47,659 bases of DNA. Origin: Clostridia bacterium. GTDB taxonomy: Bacteria > Bacillota > Clostridia > Peptostreptococcales > Caminicellaceae. The notes beneath the pieces are model-generated. The model was not told the origin of the DNA, ran no database searches, and saw nothing but the letters and a program-made list of their open reading frames with translations. Of this stretch, positions 7,372 to 15,333 are shown one piece after another; position 1 is the first letter of the stretch, and the number at the start of each line of letters is the position of its first letter. A program made the translations under genes and the position numbers. The stretch spans positions 1-47,659 of the forward strand of contig JANQEZ010000008.1 of assembly GCA_028278115.1 (NCBI GenBank). The letters run 5' to 3'.

Positions 7372-7890
7372 CCAAAGTATAAACTTTAATAGTACTAGTA
7401 GATGGAAGGAGAATTCAAATGAAGATAGACTATTCGTTTATCACATAGGTTAGGCTACAGCATCTTTTCAGAGCTTAACAGAACTAGAGGAATTAATTGT
7501 GTAAAAAAGGCAGTCTATATGTCTAATAAAGACTTTGTGGAGAAGTTTTTAGACAAAGAGTTAAAGCTATAGTTTTAATTACAAATATACACCCATAAGG
7601 TTGTCAGTATCTAAATTACAAGCTTTAATAAAAATTATGGATAAGACATTGAATGGTTGGATATGGGGATATAAAAAGGATGATTCATTTACAAAAGCAT
7701 GGGCTCCACTCAATCATTTAGAAGAGATATAAATGTTTTTTGTGTAAAGAATCGCCAAAGGATAGCGGAATTATGTATTTTAGTAAAAAAATTCACAAAC
7801 TATATTGATTATATGCAAATTATTTTTAAATATAATAAAAATAAGTAGATATTAGATTGATAGATTAGATATATTTAGGAGGATTATATT

Positions 7891-8358
7891 TTGTACTTTA
7901 TTAGTATGGTTTCAAATAATGAAGAAAAAGAAAAGATAACAAATGATATATTGAGAGGCCTACCAGAATGGTTTGGAATAGAAGAATCCATAGTTAAGTA
8001 TGTGAATGAAGTAAAGAATACAGATTTTTATGCAGTATACGATTCAAGTTTACCCATAGGGTTTATCAGTATAAAATCTAATAATGTATTTACTTCAGAG
8101 ATATATGTTATGGGGATATTAAAGGAATACCATAACAAAGGAATTGGAAAAAAGCTGATAAGAAAAAGTGAAGAAGTCTTAAAAATGAATGACTATAAAT
8201 TTTTAATGGTTAAAACTCTAGGTGAGTCACATCCAGATAAATATTATAAGTCCACCAGAGAATTTTATAGTAAAGTAGGCTTTTATCCCTTGGAAGAGAT
8301 AAATGAACTATGGGGAAAAGAGAATCCTTGTTTGATTATGGCTAAATTAGTGGGGTGA
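7891..8358 (+). CDS. GNAT family N-acetyltransferase
   Basis: Acetyl-CoA binding motif region VMGILKEYHNKGIGKKLI. 155 aa. TTG start 8 nt after AGGAGG. Confidence 0.75.
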   Translation: MYFISMVSNNEEKEKITNDILRGLPEWFGIEESIVKYVNEVKNTDFYAVYDSSLPIGFISIKSNNVFTSEIYVMGILKEYHNKGIGKKLIRKSEEVLKMNDYKFLMVKTLGESHPDKYYKSTREFYSKVGFYPLEEINELWGKENPCLIMAKLVG

Positions 8359-8852
8359 AGAGATTGATAGAAACTGAAAGAGCTGTATTATATAGACTAC
8401 AGCCCGGGGATTATGAAGATGTAAAAAAGCTTTATAGGGATGAAGAAGTGAGGAAATATCTTGGTGGAATAGTCGATGAAGAGAGATGTAAAATAAAGTT
8501 TTCAAATATGCTTAATTTAGAGGATGATTCATATTATTGGGTCATTAGAGAAAAGGAGAAAAAACAATTTATTGGACTAATTTCTCTTGATTTACATCAT
8601 AATGGCAAGGATACTGAGCTGTCATATCAGTTAATGCCAAAATGGTGGGGAAAGGGTTATGGAACAGAGATAGCCAAAGGGGTCATTAAATATGCATTTC
8701 AAGATCTGAGACTTTCAAGAATATTAGCTGAAACACAAACATCAAACAAATCATCATGCAGGCTTTTAGAGAAAGTAGGAATGATGTTTAAGGAAACAAC
8801 CAAAAGGTTTGGAGCGCAACAATCAATTTATTGTTTGGATATAGATGGGTGA
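8355..8852 (+). CDS. GNAT family N-acetyltransferase (RimJ/RimL-like)
   Basis: WWGKGYGTE motif and ...SNKSSCRLLEKVGM, typical of the RimJ-like GNAT subfamily. 4-nt GTGA overlap with the upstream GNAT. Its last codons lie in repeat B2. Confidence 0.75.
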   Translation: MKRLIETERAVLYRLQPGDYEDVKKLYRDEEVRKYLGGIVDEERCKIKFSNMLNLEDDSYYWVIREKEKKQFIGLISLDLHHNGKDTELSYQLMPKWWGKGYGTEIAKGVIKYAFQDLRLSRILAETQTSNKSSCRLLEKVGMMFKETTKRFGAQQSIYCLDIDG

Positions 8853-8966
8853 GCTAGAAGTTTTACTTTCAATGTTTTGCTGTGAGCCATTAGACAAATA
8901 GGCTTTGTAGTTTTGGCTTAAGAAATATTTTTAAAAAAGGTTAAGTCTCTAAGCAATACATCTATA
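8840..8966 (-). repeat. Family-B MITE-like element, copy B2 (inverted orientation, one terminus degenerate)
   Basis: TATAGATGGGTGAGCTAGAAGTTTTACTTTCAATGTTTTGCTGTGAGCC...GGTTAAGTCTCTAAG aligns with the reverse complement of B1 and B3. Confidence 0.8.
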
Positions 8967-8994
8967 AAAATATTTGAAGGCAGGAGAGAATGTT

Positions 8995-9804
8995 ATGGTT
9001 GAAAGAGTAAGAGAGTATTATAATAATAATGCTGAAACAGAGTGGAATAGATTAGATAATCCCTATTCTAGGGTTGAGTACGAATCAACCCTTTACTTAA
9101 TCAATAAGTACTTTCCTAAAAATGGTCATATTATGGATATTGGCTCTGGTCCAGGTAGGTACTCTTTAGAATTATTAAAAAAAGGGTTTGAAGTTTCCTT
9201 ATTGGATATATCTCAGAAGGAGCTGGATATAGCAAAGGAAAAGATTGAAGCTGCTAATTTATCAGCTGAGGCTTATTATTGTAAAAGCGCATTAGAACTG
9301 GAAGGTCTAGAAGATGAAACATTTGATGGGGTATTATTAATGGGTCCATTGTATCACCTGCATAATTTAGAAGACAGACAAAAGGTTTTACATGACACAT
9401 ATAGGATATTGAAAACTAAAGGTATTGCACTAATATCATATATCAACACTTGGGGTGCGTTAAAGGCAAGTCTTAGTGAATTTCCTGAGAGCTTTAGAGA
9501 TGGAAAGCACTTTCAGAGATATATTGAAGGAGATTTGAAATTTACACAGGAGGAGAGCTTTACCGACACTTTTTTTACTACACCTCCATTAGCAATAAAA
9601 GAGATTAATGCTTCAGGTTTTAGAATAGTATCCTATGCTGGAGCAGAAAGCTTCATATCTGGATTAAATATCCAAATGAAAAATCTATATAAAGATATGC
9701 CAAAGGTTTATGAGAATTATCTTAAGAGTGCACCTAAGTATTGTGAATTGCCTCAATATCGTGATGCAACTGAGCATCTTCATTTTGTTGTAGAAAAAAG
9801 CTAA
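8995..9804 (+). CDS. Class I SAM-dependent methyltransferase
   Basis: Motif I MDIGSGPGRYSLELL and an acidic post-I LLDIS. Start at ATG 8995 after AGGAGAG. Confidence 0.8.
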   Translation: MVERVREYYNNNAETEWNRLDNPYSRVEYESTLYLINKYFPKNGHIMDIGSGPGRYSLELLKKGFEVSLLDISQKELDIAKEKIEAANLSAEAYYCKSALELEGLEDETFDGVLLMGPLYHLHNLEDRQKVLHDTYRILKTKGIALISYINTWGALKASLSEFPESFRDGKHFQRYIEGDLKFTQEESFTDTFFTTPPLAIKEINASGFRIVSYAGAESFISGLNIQMKNLYKDMPKVYENYLKSAPKYCELPQYRDATEHLHFVVEKS

Positions 9805-9871
9805 TGAAATGCATGTAAAGCCAAAGTATATACTTATAGAAATCGAATGTATATCTTAGGAGGTAATATTA

Positions 9872-10534
9872 ATGGATTCTAGAGATAAGGTTTTTCACGA
9901 AATATATATGGATATATTATCATCTAAAAAAGAAGGCAGCCCACTTATAATTGGAATAAATGGCATTGATACCTCAGGCAAAAGCGAGTTTTCAAAGTCT
10001 TTTGAAAAATATTTGAAAGAGAAAAAGCAAAAAGTTCAATTAATCCATCTAGATGATTTTCATAATCCTAGAAAAATAAGATATTCAGGAGAAGATGAAA
10101 TAGAGAATTACTTTTTTAAAAGCTTTGATATAAAAAAGCTAGTCAATGATTTGTTAAAGCCAATAAGAAATAGAAAGCTTCTACAGAAAGAACTTACTTT
10201 ATTAAATCTTCAAACTGATAAATATGATACTGTAAAGGATTATAGTATTGATAAAGAAACTTTAGTTATATTAGAAGGCGTGTTCATATTTAGGGAAGAG
10301 ATTGAGAAATATTTGGACTACAAAATTTTTATAGAGATTCCTATAAGGCTATGCAAAGAAAGGGCAATTCAGCGAGATGTTCCTCTGTATGGAGAAGACA
10401 TACTTAAAAAATATGATACGAAGTATATACCCACACAAAAGTATTATCTTGAAAAATTTCCTCCACAAAAACATGCAGATATTATCATAGAAAATTCCCA
10501 TTGGAATAATCCTAGAGTGGTTTTTAAGAAATAA
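9872..10534 (+). CDS. Uridine kinase / phosphoribulokinase-family P-loop kinase-like protein
   Basis: Walker A-like GINGIDTSGKSEF, then LIHLDDFH and LILEGVFIF segments typical of the udk/PRK family. Confidence 0.6.
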   Translation: MDSRDKVFHEIYMDILSSKKEGSPLIIGINGIDTSGKSEFSKSFEKYLKEKKQKVQLIHLDDFHNPRKIRYSGEDEIENYFFKSFDIKKLVNDLLKPIRNRKLLQKELTLLNLQTDKYDTVKDYSIDKETLVILEGVFIFREEIEKYLDYKIFIEIPIRLCKERAIQRDVPLYGEDILKKYDTKYIPTQKYYLEKFPPQKHADIIIENSHWNNPRVVFKK

Positions 10535-10565
10535 CCATAAAACAACTGGTTTTAGGAGTGATAAA

Positions 10566-11303
10566 GTGTATAAACCTGTGCTCTTATGCTGTGTCCATGA
10601 TCCAAAAGGTGATAATATTATGCCTTTGACGAAAGTTATCAATAGATTAGATGAAGTATATTCACAGAAATATATTACAGTGAGTGATGTAACATGTCAG
10701 AAACTTATAGATAAATTAAGGAAATATAATTTTAAAATAAGAACTATTCCCAAAAGAGGAGCTGCAAATGCAAGACGGGAAGTTTTAAGCTTCGGCTTAG
10801 ATTCCAATGGAGATTATTTTCATTACTGTGATTTTGATAGAATAATCACTTGGGCAAGTAGACATTTTGATGAGCTCAAAAGGGTTGCTGAAGAATTGAA
10901 ATGTTCAAGCTACATAATCTTTGGAAGAACGGAAAGAGCCTTTTCAAGTCATCCAATAGAGTGGCAAGAGACTGAGAAGATAAGTAATAGCATTTGCTCT
11001 ATAGTACTAAAAAAAGAAGTTGATGTAACAGCAGGCTCATGTGGATTTTCTAGGGAATGCTTAGAAGGATTAATACAGTACTCAAATGCAAAGATGACGG
11101 ATTCTGAGTGGCCTATGATTGTAAAAAGAATTATAGGATTAGAAATTGACTATAAGAAAGTTGATGGTCTTGAGTATATTGAAGATATAAATGCCCTTAG
11201 GAGAGAGCAAACTGATAATGAAAAGTGGATTGGCAGGTTAAAGCTCTGTCAAATTATTTGTGAAGCAGTACTAAAGATTGATAGAGAAAATAAGGAAAGA
11301 TAG
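10566..11303 (+). CDS. Hypothetical protein, possibly a GT-A-fold nucleotidyl/glycosyl-transferase-like protein
   Basis: 245 aa. GTG start 7 nt after AGGAG. Has an N-terminal beta-strand-like VLLCCVHD, then RGAANARREVL, then the DxD-like CDFDR. I recognise no confident family. Confidence 0.5.
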   Translation: MYKPVLLCCVHDPKGDNIMPLTKVINRLDEVYSQKYITVSDVTCQKLIDKLRKYNFKIRTIPKRGAANARREVLSFGLDSNGDYFHYCDFDRIITWASRHFDELKRVAEELKCSSYIIFGRTERAFSSHPIEWQETEKISNSICSIVLKKEVDVTAGSCGFSRECLEGLIQYSNAKMTDSEWPMIVKRIIGLEIDYKKVDGLEYIEDINALRREQTDNEKWIGRLKLCQIICEAVLKIDRENKER

Positions 11304-11406
11304 TTTTATTAAAATAAACTACTAAATCAGGATTGTAATAAGACAGCTTTTTGGCAAGTAAATGAAAAATTAAATAGTTTAAATGACTCAAAGGAGAGCA
11401 TGTTTT

Positions 11407-12174
11407 GTGGATAAAATAGCGGTAATTTCTGATATACACAGCAACCTTATAGCTTTAAATGAGGTGTTAAATGATATAAGGGAAAGAGAAGCTGATACAA
11501 TCATATGTCTAGGTGATATTGTTGGCAAAGGACCAAAGCCCAAAGAGGTATTGGACATTATTAGAGAAAGCTGTCAATACGTTGTAAAGGGCAATGTTGA
11601 TGAATTTTGTGCAGGGAATAAAGCTAATACGTTACTTAGAAAGTGGACACAAGAAAGATTAGATAGATCAAGCAGAGATTATATAATGAATTTGCCTATT
11701 GCAGTAGAGTTTTACATGAGTGGAAGCTATATTAGATTATTTCATGCATCTCCTCAAGGGGTGCATAATAAAGTATATCCCTATGATTCTATAGAAAAGA
11801 GGCTGAGTCTTTTTGAAAATACAGAGCATACAACAGATATAGAACCCGACATAGTGGGATATGGGGAAGTCCATACATCCTTTGTTCAGAGGCTATGTAA
11901 TAAAACTATATTTAATCCAGGCAGTGTAGGTAATCCTTTGGAATTAAACTTAAAAGAGGGGGTTGGTAGTTCCATAGAAACTACACAGGCATCCTATGCA
12001 ATAATGGAAGGCTGCTATGGATGTCAGGAAACAAAGCCATTTTCAATCCAACTTATAAGAGTCCCATATGATATTGAGCTAGCAGTTCAGCAAGCTAGGG
12101 AGGAAAGAATTCCACAGCTAAAAGAGTATATAATTGAGCTTAGAAAGGGCATATACAGAGGGGCTCAGAGATAG
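11407..12174 (+). CDS. Metallophosphoesterase (calcineurin-like, YfcE/MJ0936-type)
   Basis: Motifs ISDIHSN, LGDIVGKGP, GNVD and a later GEVH. GTG 11407 preferred (AGGAGA at 11392-11397). The track start 11383 is the upstream alternative. Confidence 0.75.
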   Translation: MDKIAVISDIHSNLIALNEVLNDIREREADTIICLGDIVGKGPKPKEVLDIIRESCQYVVKGNVDEFCAGNKANTLLRKWTQERLDRSSRDYIMNLPIAVEFYMSGSYIRLFHASPQGVHNKVYPYDSIEKRLSLFENTEHTTDIEPDIVGYGEVHTSFVQRLCNKTIFNPGSVGNPLELNLKEGVGSSIETTQASYAIMEGCYGCQETKPFSIQLIRVPYDIELAVQQAREERIPQLKEYIIELRKGIYRGAQR

Positions 12175-12233
12175 AGAATATAAATAAAATACTAAGATTG
12201 ATGCTATTAATAATTACCCAAGGAGTGATGAGA

Positions 12234-12392
12234 ATGATGTCAAGCTTTGCTGCACCGATAATTATTTTTAATCTTGCTTTAACTGGTATTTTAGTTTATT
12301 GTCTGATATTATTTATAAAATTAGCACATCGTGGAATTAGAGCATTGGATATCTACATAGAAAAGAATAATAAATCTGACAAAAATCTTTAA
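12234..12392 (+). CDS. Small hydrophobic membrane protein (hypothetical)
   Basis: One predicted TM helix (AAPIIIFNLALTGILVYCLILFI). ATG 12234 lies 8 nt after AAGGAG. Followed by a terminator. Confidence 0.45.
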   Translation: MMSSFAAPIIIFNLALTGILVYCLILFIKLAHRGIRALDIYIEKNNKSDKNL

Positions 12393-12458
12393 GAGGAGCT
12401 AGAAATTATATATATAAACAACTTTATTAATAATGTCAAAGCTCTTTTTTCACTTCCT

Positions 12459-12493
12459 AAGAGCCAAGAGCTAAGACCAAAGAGCTAAAAAGC
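12459..12493 (+). repeat. Heptanucleotide tandem array (AAGAGCY-type, about 5 units)
   Basis: AAGAGCC AAGAGCT AAGACCA AAGAGCT AAAAAGC read directly. The array abuts the terminator hairpin. Confidence 0.8.
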
Positions 12494-12512
12494 GGCATTT
12501 TTACCGCTTTTT
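12487..12512. terminator. Bidirectional intrinsic terminator between the small membrane ORF (+) and mog (-)
   Basis: AAAAAGCGG-CATTTTTA-CCGCTTTTT, a stem flanked by an A-run and a T-run. Confidence 0.8.
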
Positions 12513-12513
12513 C

Positions 12514-13005
12514 CTACTCACCCCCACACTCTCCAGTAAGCCCCTTAAGTATTTCAAGTCCATGCCTGAGTGCAGGTAGAATAAATTCAAGATTTTCTTT
12601 GACAGCCTTTGGACTGCCGGGGAGATTTATTATGAGGGTTTCACCCCGTATACCCGATACACTCCTACTAAGCATGGCCTTTGGAGTGATTTGAAGGCTA
12701 TAGTATCTCATAGCCTCAGAAATGCCAGGAGCTTGTCTATCTAGTACATCTAAGGTAGCTTCTGGAGTCCAATCCCTCGGTGAAAAGCCTGTTCCCCCCG
12801 TCGTAAGAATCAAATCAAGCTTAAGGTTATCTGACATGTCTATAAGCTCCTTAGAAATCAGTTCCCTTTCGTCGGGCAGTATTTTCCATACTGATACTTC
12901 ATAACCATTTGCCCACATAATATCCTTGATTAACTGGCCACTTTTATCTTCTCTTTCTCCCCTTGAACCTTTATCACTGGCAGTAATTATCCCTAGCTTA
13001 AACAT
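12514..13005 (-). CDS. mog: MogA/MoaB-family molybdopterin adenylyltransferase
   Basis: 163 aa with ITASDKGSRGERED and TTGGTGFSPRD motifs. Confidence 0.88.
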   Translation of the reverse strand: MFKLGIITASDKGSRGEREDKSGQLIKDIMWANGYEVSVWKILPDERELISKELIDMSDNLKLDLILTTGGTGFSPRDWTPEATLDVLDRQAPGISEAMRYYSLQITPKAMLSRSVSGIRGETLIINLPGSPKAVKENLEFILPALRHGLEILKGLTGECGGE

Positions 13006-13030
13006 TCATATCACCATCCCTTTGAATAAA

Positions 13031-13182
13031 TATATATGTGTGACTTAGAAACTTAACCTCTTTATGTATATATTTCTTAACTAAAGCTACAATGCTTAAT
13101 TTGGCTCACAGCTAATGGCTGACAGCTGACAGCTCACAGCGAAGATATTGAAAGTAAAACTTCTGGGTCACATATCTATATA
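13031..13182 (+). repeat. Family-B MITE-like element, copy B3 (largest heptamer array)
   Basis: TATATATGTGTGACTTAGAAACTTAACC...GAAAGTAAAACTTCTGGGTCACATATCTATATA. Six RGCTNAY heptamers at 13103-13144. Confidence 0.85.
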
Positions 13183-13188
13183 GGGTTT

Positions 13189-13287
13189 TTAGAGTAAAAC
13201 TTAACTTATACATGACCCAAATATGCGATGATTCTAGGCATTTTGGGGTGTGTATAAGTTGTAGTTTTACCTAAAATACCTATAAAA
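13189..13287 (+). repeat. Family-A long-hairpin repeat, copy A2 (directly abuts B3)
   Basis: 98 of 99 nt identical to 1-99. Confidence 0.9.
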
Positions 13288-13372
13288 ATCTTAACATTAA
13301 ATACATATATAAACAATTAACTTTTAAAGGGGTAGTGCTTACATTAATGTTAAGGTCAGGTAAGGGAAGATA

Positions 13373-13402
13373 TTGTAAATCTACTATGACATATGTTATA
13401 AT
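13373..13402 (+). promoter_or_regulatory. Sigma-A-type promoter with extended -10, driving the riboswitch and tup operon
   Basis: TTGTAA (13373-13378), 18-nt spacer, TGT-TATAAT (13394-13402). It lies about 30 nt upstream of the aptamer. Confidence 0.6.
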
Positions 13403-13433
13403 TAGGGCAATTGGATACAGAATATTTTGTAAA

Positions 13434-13576
13434 AATTTTTCCGAGTCAATAATTCTAAGGAATTTCTACGAATTATTGACCGATGGGTGTAAAGGGAAAT
13501 CTTTATGCCTCCCGTGTTTGGAAAGGAAAATTTTAATGGTTTATACATTCCTTTCAAGAGGAGTGTTTTTATTTTT
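13434..13576 (+). promoter_or_regulatory. Moco (molybdenum/tungsten cofactor) class riboswitch with a terminator expression platform
   Basis: Conserved elements in the expected order: CCGAG (13441), an 11-bp hairpin GTCAATAATTC/GAATTATTGAC, GCCTCCC (13507-13513) and GGAAAGGA (13520). The terminator is CATTCCT/AGGAGTG plus a T-run (13546-13576). Its 5' arm can alternatively pair with the GGAAAGGA strand. It lies upstream of the tungstate transporter. Confidence 0.8.
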
Positions 13577-13592
13577 GTTAAAATTAGAAATG

Positions 13593-13632
13593 TGTAATTT
13601 GAAAAGCCGGCATTCAAATGTACATTTTTTCT
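13593..13632 (+). terminator. Second hairpin plus T-run in the tup leader
   Basis: ATGTGTAATTTGAA...TTCAAATGTACAT followed by TTTTTTC. Confidence 0.5.
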
Positions 13633-13717
13633 ATTTATTTTTGATTATAATCCATTAAGTATTTTCCTATGCAAAGAGCAATTAAACAAATGAAAAAGGA
13701 TTATAAGGGGGTAAATT

Positions 13718-14560
13718 ATGAAAAGAATGAACAGGGTGTTGATTGGGCTTTTAATTATTACTTTAGCTATAATGAGCTTTGTAGGGTGTGCAGCACAAAC
13801 TGCCGAGGAACAAGAACCTATTATATTGGCAACTACAACGAGTACTGAGAACAGCGGTCTTTTAGATTATATTCTTCCAAATTTTAAAGAAGAAACTGGT
13901 ATTGAAGCTAAGGTTGTTGCAGTTGGTACAGGAAAAGCTCTTCAGATGGGAAGGGATGGAGAAGCCGATGTTTTACTGGTACATGCCAAGAGTAGCGAGG
14001 AAACCTTTGTTGAAGAGGGGCATGGAACAGAAAGATTTGATGTGATGTACAACGATTTTGTGATTATAGGTCCTGAGAATGATCCAGCAGGATTATCTGA
14101 AAAATCAAAAAGCGACGTTATAAAGGCCTTTAAAATTTTAAGTGAGGGACATGGACAGTTTGTTTCTAGAGGTGACGATTCAGGAACCCATAAGAAAGAA
14201 AAGAGCTTCTGGGAGGAAGCTGGTGTTGAAGCTGCAGGTGACTGGTATGTTTCGGCAGGAAAAGGAATGGGTGACGTCATTCAGATGGCAAATGAAATAC
14301 AGGCATATACAATGTCTGATAGAGCTACATATCTTTCCATGAAGGACAAAATAGAATTAGAAGTGGTCGTTGAAGGTGATTCAAAACTATTTAATCAATA
14401 TGGCGTTATTCCTGTGAATCCCAATAAAAGTGAGAAGATTAATGGTGATGGTGCTGAAGCCTTTGTTAAATGGTTATTATCAGAGAATACACAGAAATTA
14501 ATAGGTGAATTCGGTAAAGAAAAGTTTGGTCAACCATTATTTACACCAAATGCAAAGTAA
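13718..14560 (+). CDS. tupA: Tungstate ABC transporter substrate-binding lipoprotein TupA
   Basis: Lipobox LAIMSFVGC and the TupA-type anion-binding motif ATTTSTENSGLLDYILP. 280 aa. Confidence 0.85.
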   Translation: MKRMNRVLIGLLIITLAIMSFVGCAAQTAEEQEPIILATTTSTENSGLLDYILPNFKEETGIEAKVVAVGTGKALQMGRDGEADVLLVHAKSSEETFVEEGHGTERFDVMYNDFVIIGPENDPAGLSEKSKSDVIKAFKILSEGHGQFVSRGDDSGTHKKEKSFWEEAGVEAAGDWYVSAGKGMGDVIQMANEIQAYTMSDRATYLSMKDKIELEVVVEGDSKLFNQYGVIPVNPNKSEKINGDGAEAFVKWLLSENTQKLIGEFGKEKFGQPLFTPNAK

Positions 14561-14641
14561 ATATTAGTGGAGGAAACACATAATTCATACTTTTTTTAAC
14601 ATATAACATTAAAACATGTAATTTAACCGGAGGTGTAGAGT

Positions 14642-15331
14642 ATGGAATATATAGCTGATGGATTTATTGAGGCATTTAAACTTCTTTTATCCTTGGATCA
14701 AGAGGTCTATTCAATAATACTATTATCAATCTATGTATCCCTTACTTCTACACTTATTTCTTCATTAGTGGGAATACCCCTTGGTTTTTTTCTGGGACTA
14801 AAGAAGTTTAGGTATAAAAGGATAGTGACAAGGTTTCTATACACATTTATGAGCCTTCCACCAGTTGTAGTAGGATTAACTGTTGCGGTTATTATTTCAA
14901 GGAGGGGACCGCTGGGAAGCTTAGGCTTATTATTTACACCTGCTGCTATGATTATTGCACAAACTTTATTAGTAACACCCATAATTACAGGTATAATCTT
15001 CAATAACTCTAAAGAACAGGGCCACGTAATAAGACAGGTTTGTAAAACCCTTGGAGGAAATAGACTAGACACTCTATTGCTTTTAATCAAGGAGATGCGA
15101 ATAAATATACTTATTGCAGTAGTAACTGGTTTTGGGAGAGGCATATCGGAAGTTGGTGCAGTAATGATAGTAGGAGGAAATATAAAGGGGCATACAAGGG
15201 TAATGACATCCTTTATAGCAATGAATCACAGCATGGGGAACTATTCCATTTCCATAGCCATGGGAATTGTTTTACTGGCAATTTCTTTCATTACAAATTC
15301 AGTATTGTATAAATACGTAGCAGGAGATTGA
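14642..15331 (+). CDS. tupB: Tungstate ABC transporter permease TupB
   Basis: 229-aa polytopic membrane protein with a binding-protein-dependent transport signature region. Lies between tupA and tupC. Confidence 0.85.
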   Translation: MEYIADGFIEAFKLLLSLDQEVYSIILLSIYVSLTSTLISSLVGIPLGFFLGLKKFRYKRIVTRFLYTFMSLPPVVVGLTVAVIISRRGPLGSLGLLFTPAAMIIAQTLLVTPIITGIIFNNSKEQGHVIRQVCKTLGGNRLDTLLLLIKEMRINILIAVVTGFGRGISEVGAVMIVGGNIKGHTRVMTSFIAMNHSMGNYSISIAMGIVLLAISFITNSVLYKYVAGD

Positions 15332-15333
15332 TT

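Noticed and set aside
9872-12174. P-loop protein, unknown protein and metallophosphoesterase as a candidate phage-defence system
   Set aside because: The proteins are small. The P-loop protein looks like an ordinary udk/PRK-family kinase. No nuclease, helicase, TIR, SIR2, protease or effector-like domain is visible. There is no evidence beyond adjacency.
13335-13658. 107-aa + strand ORF upstream of tupA
   Set aside because: It spans the promoter, the Moco-class aptamer and two terminator hairpins. It has no RBS and odd Cys/Leu/Phe-rich composition. The region is better explained as a regulatory leader.
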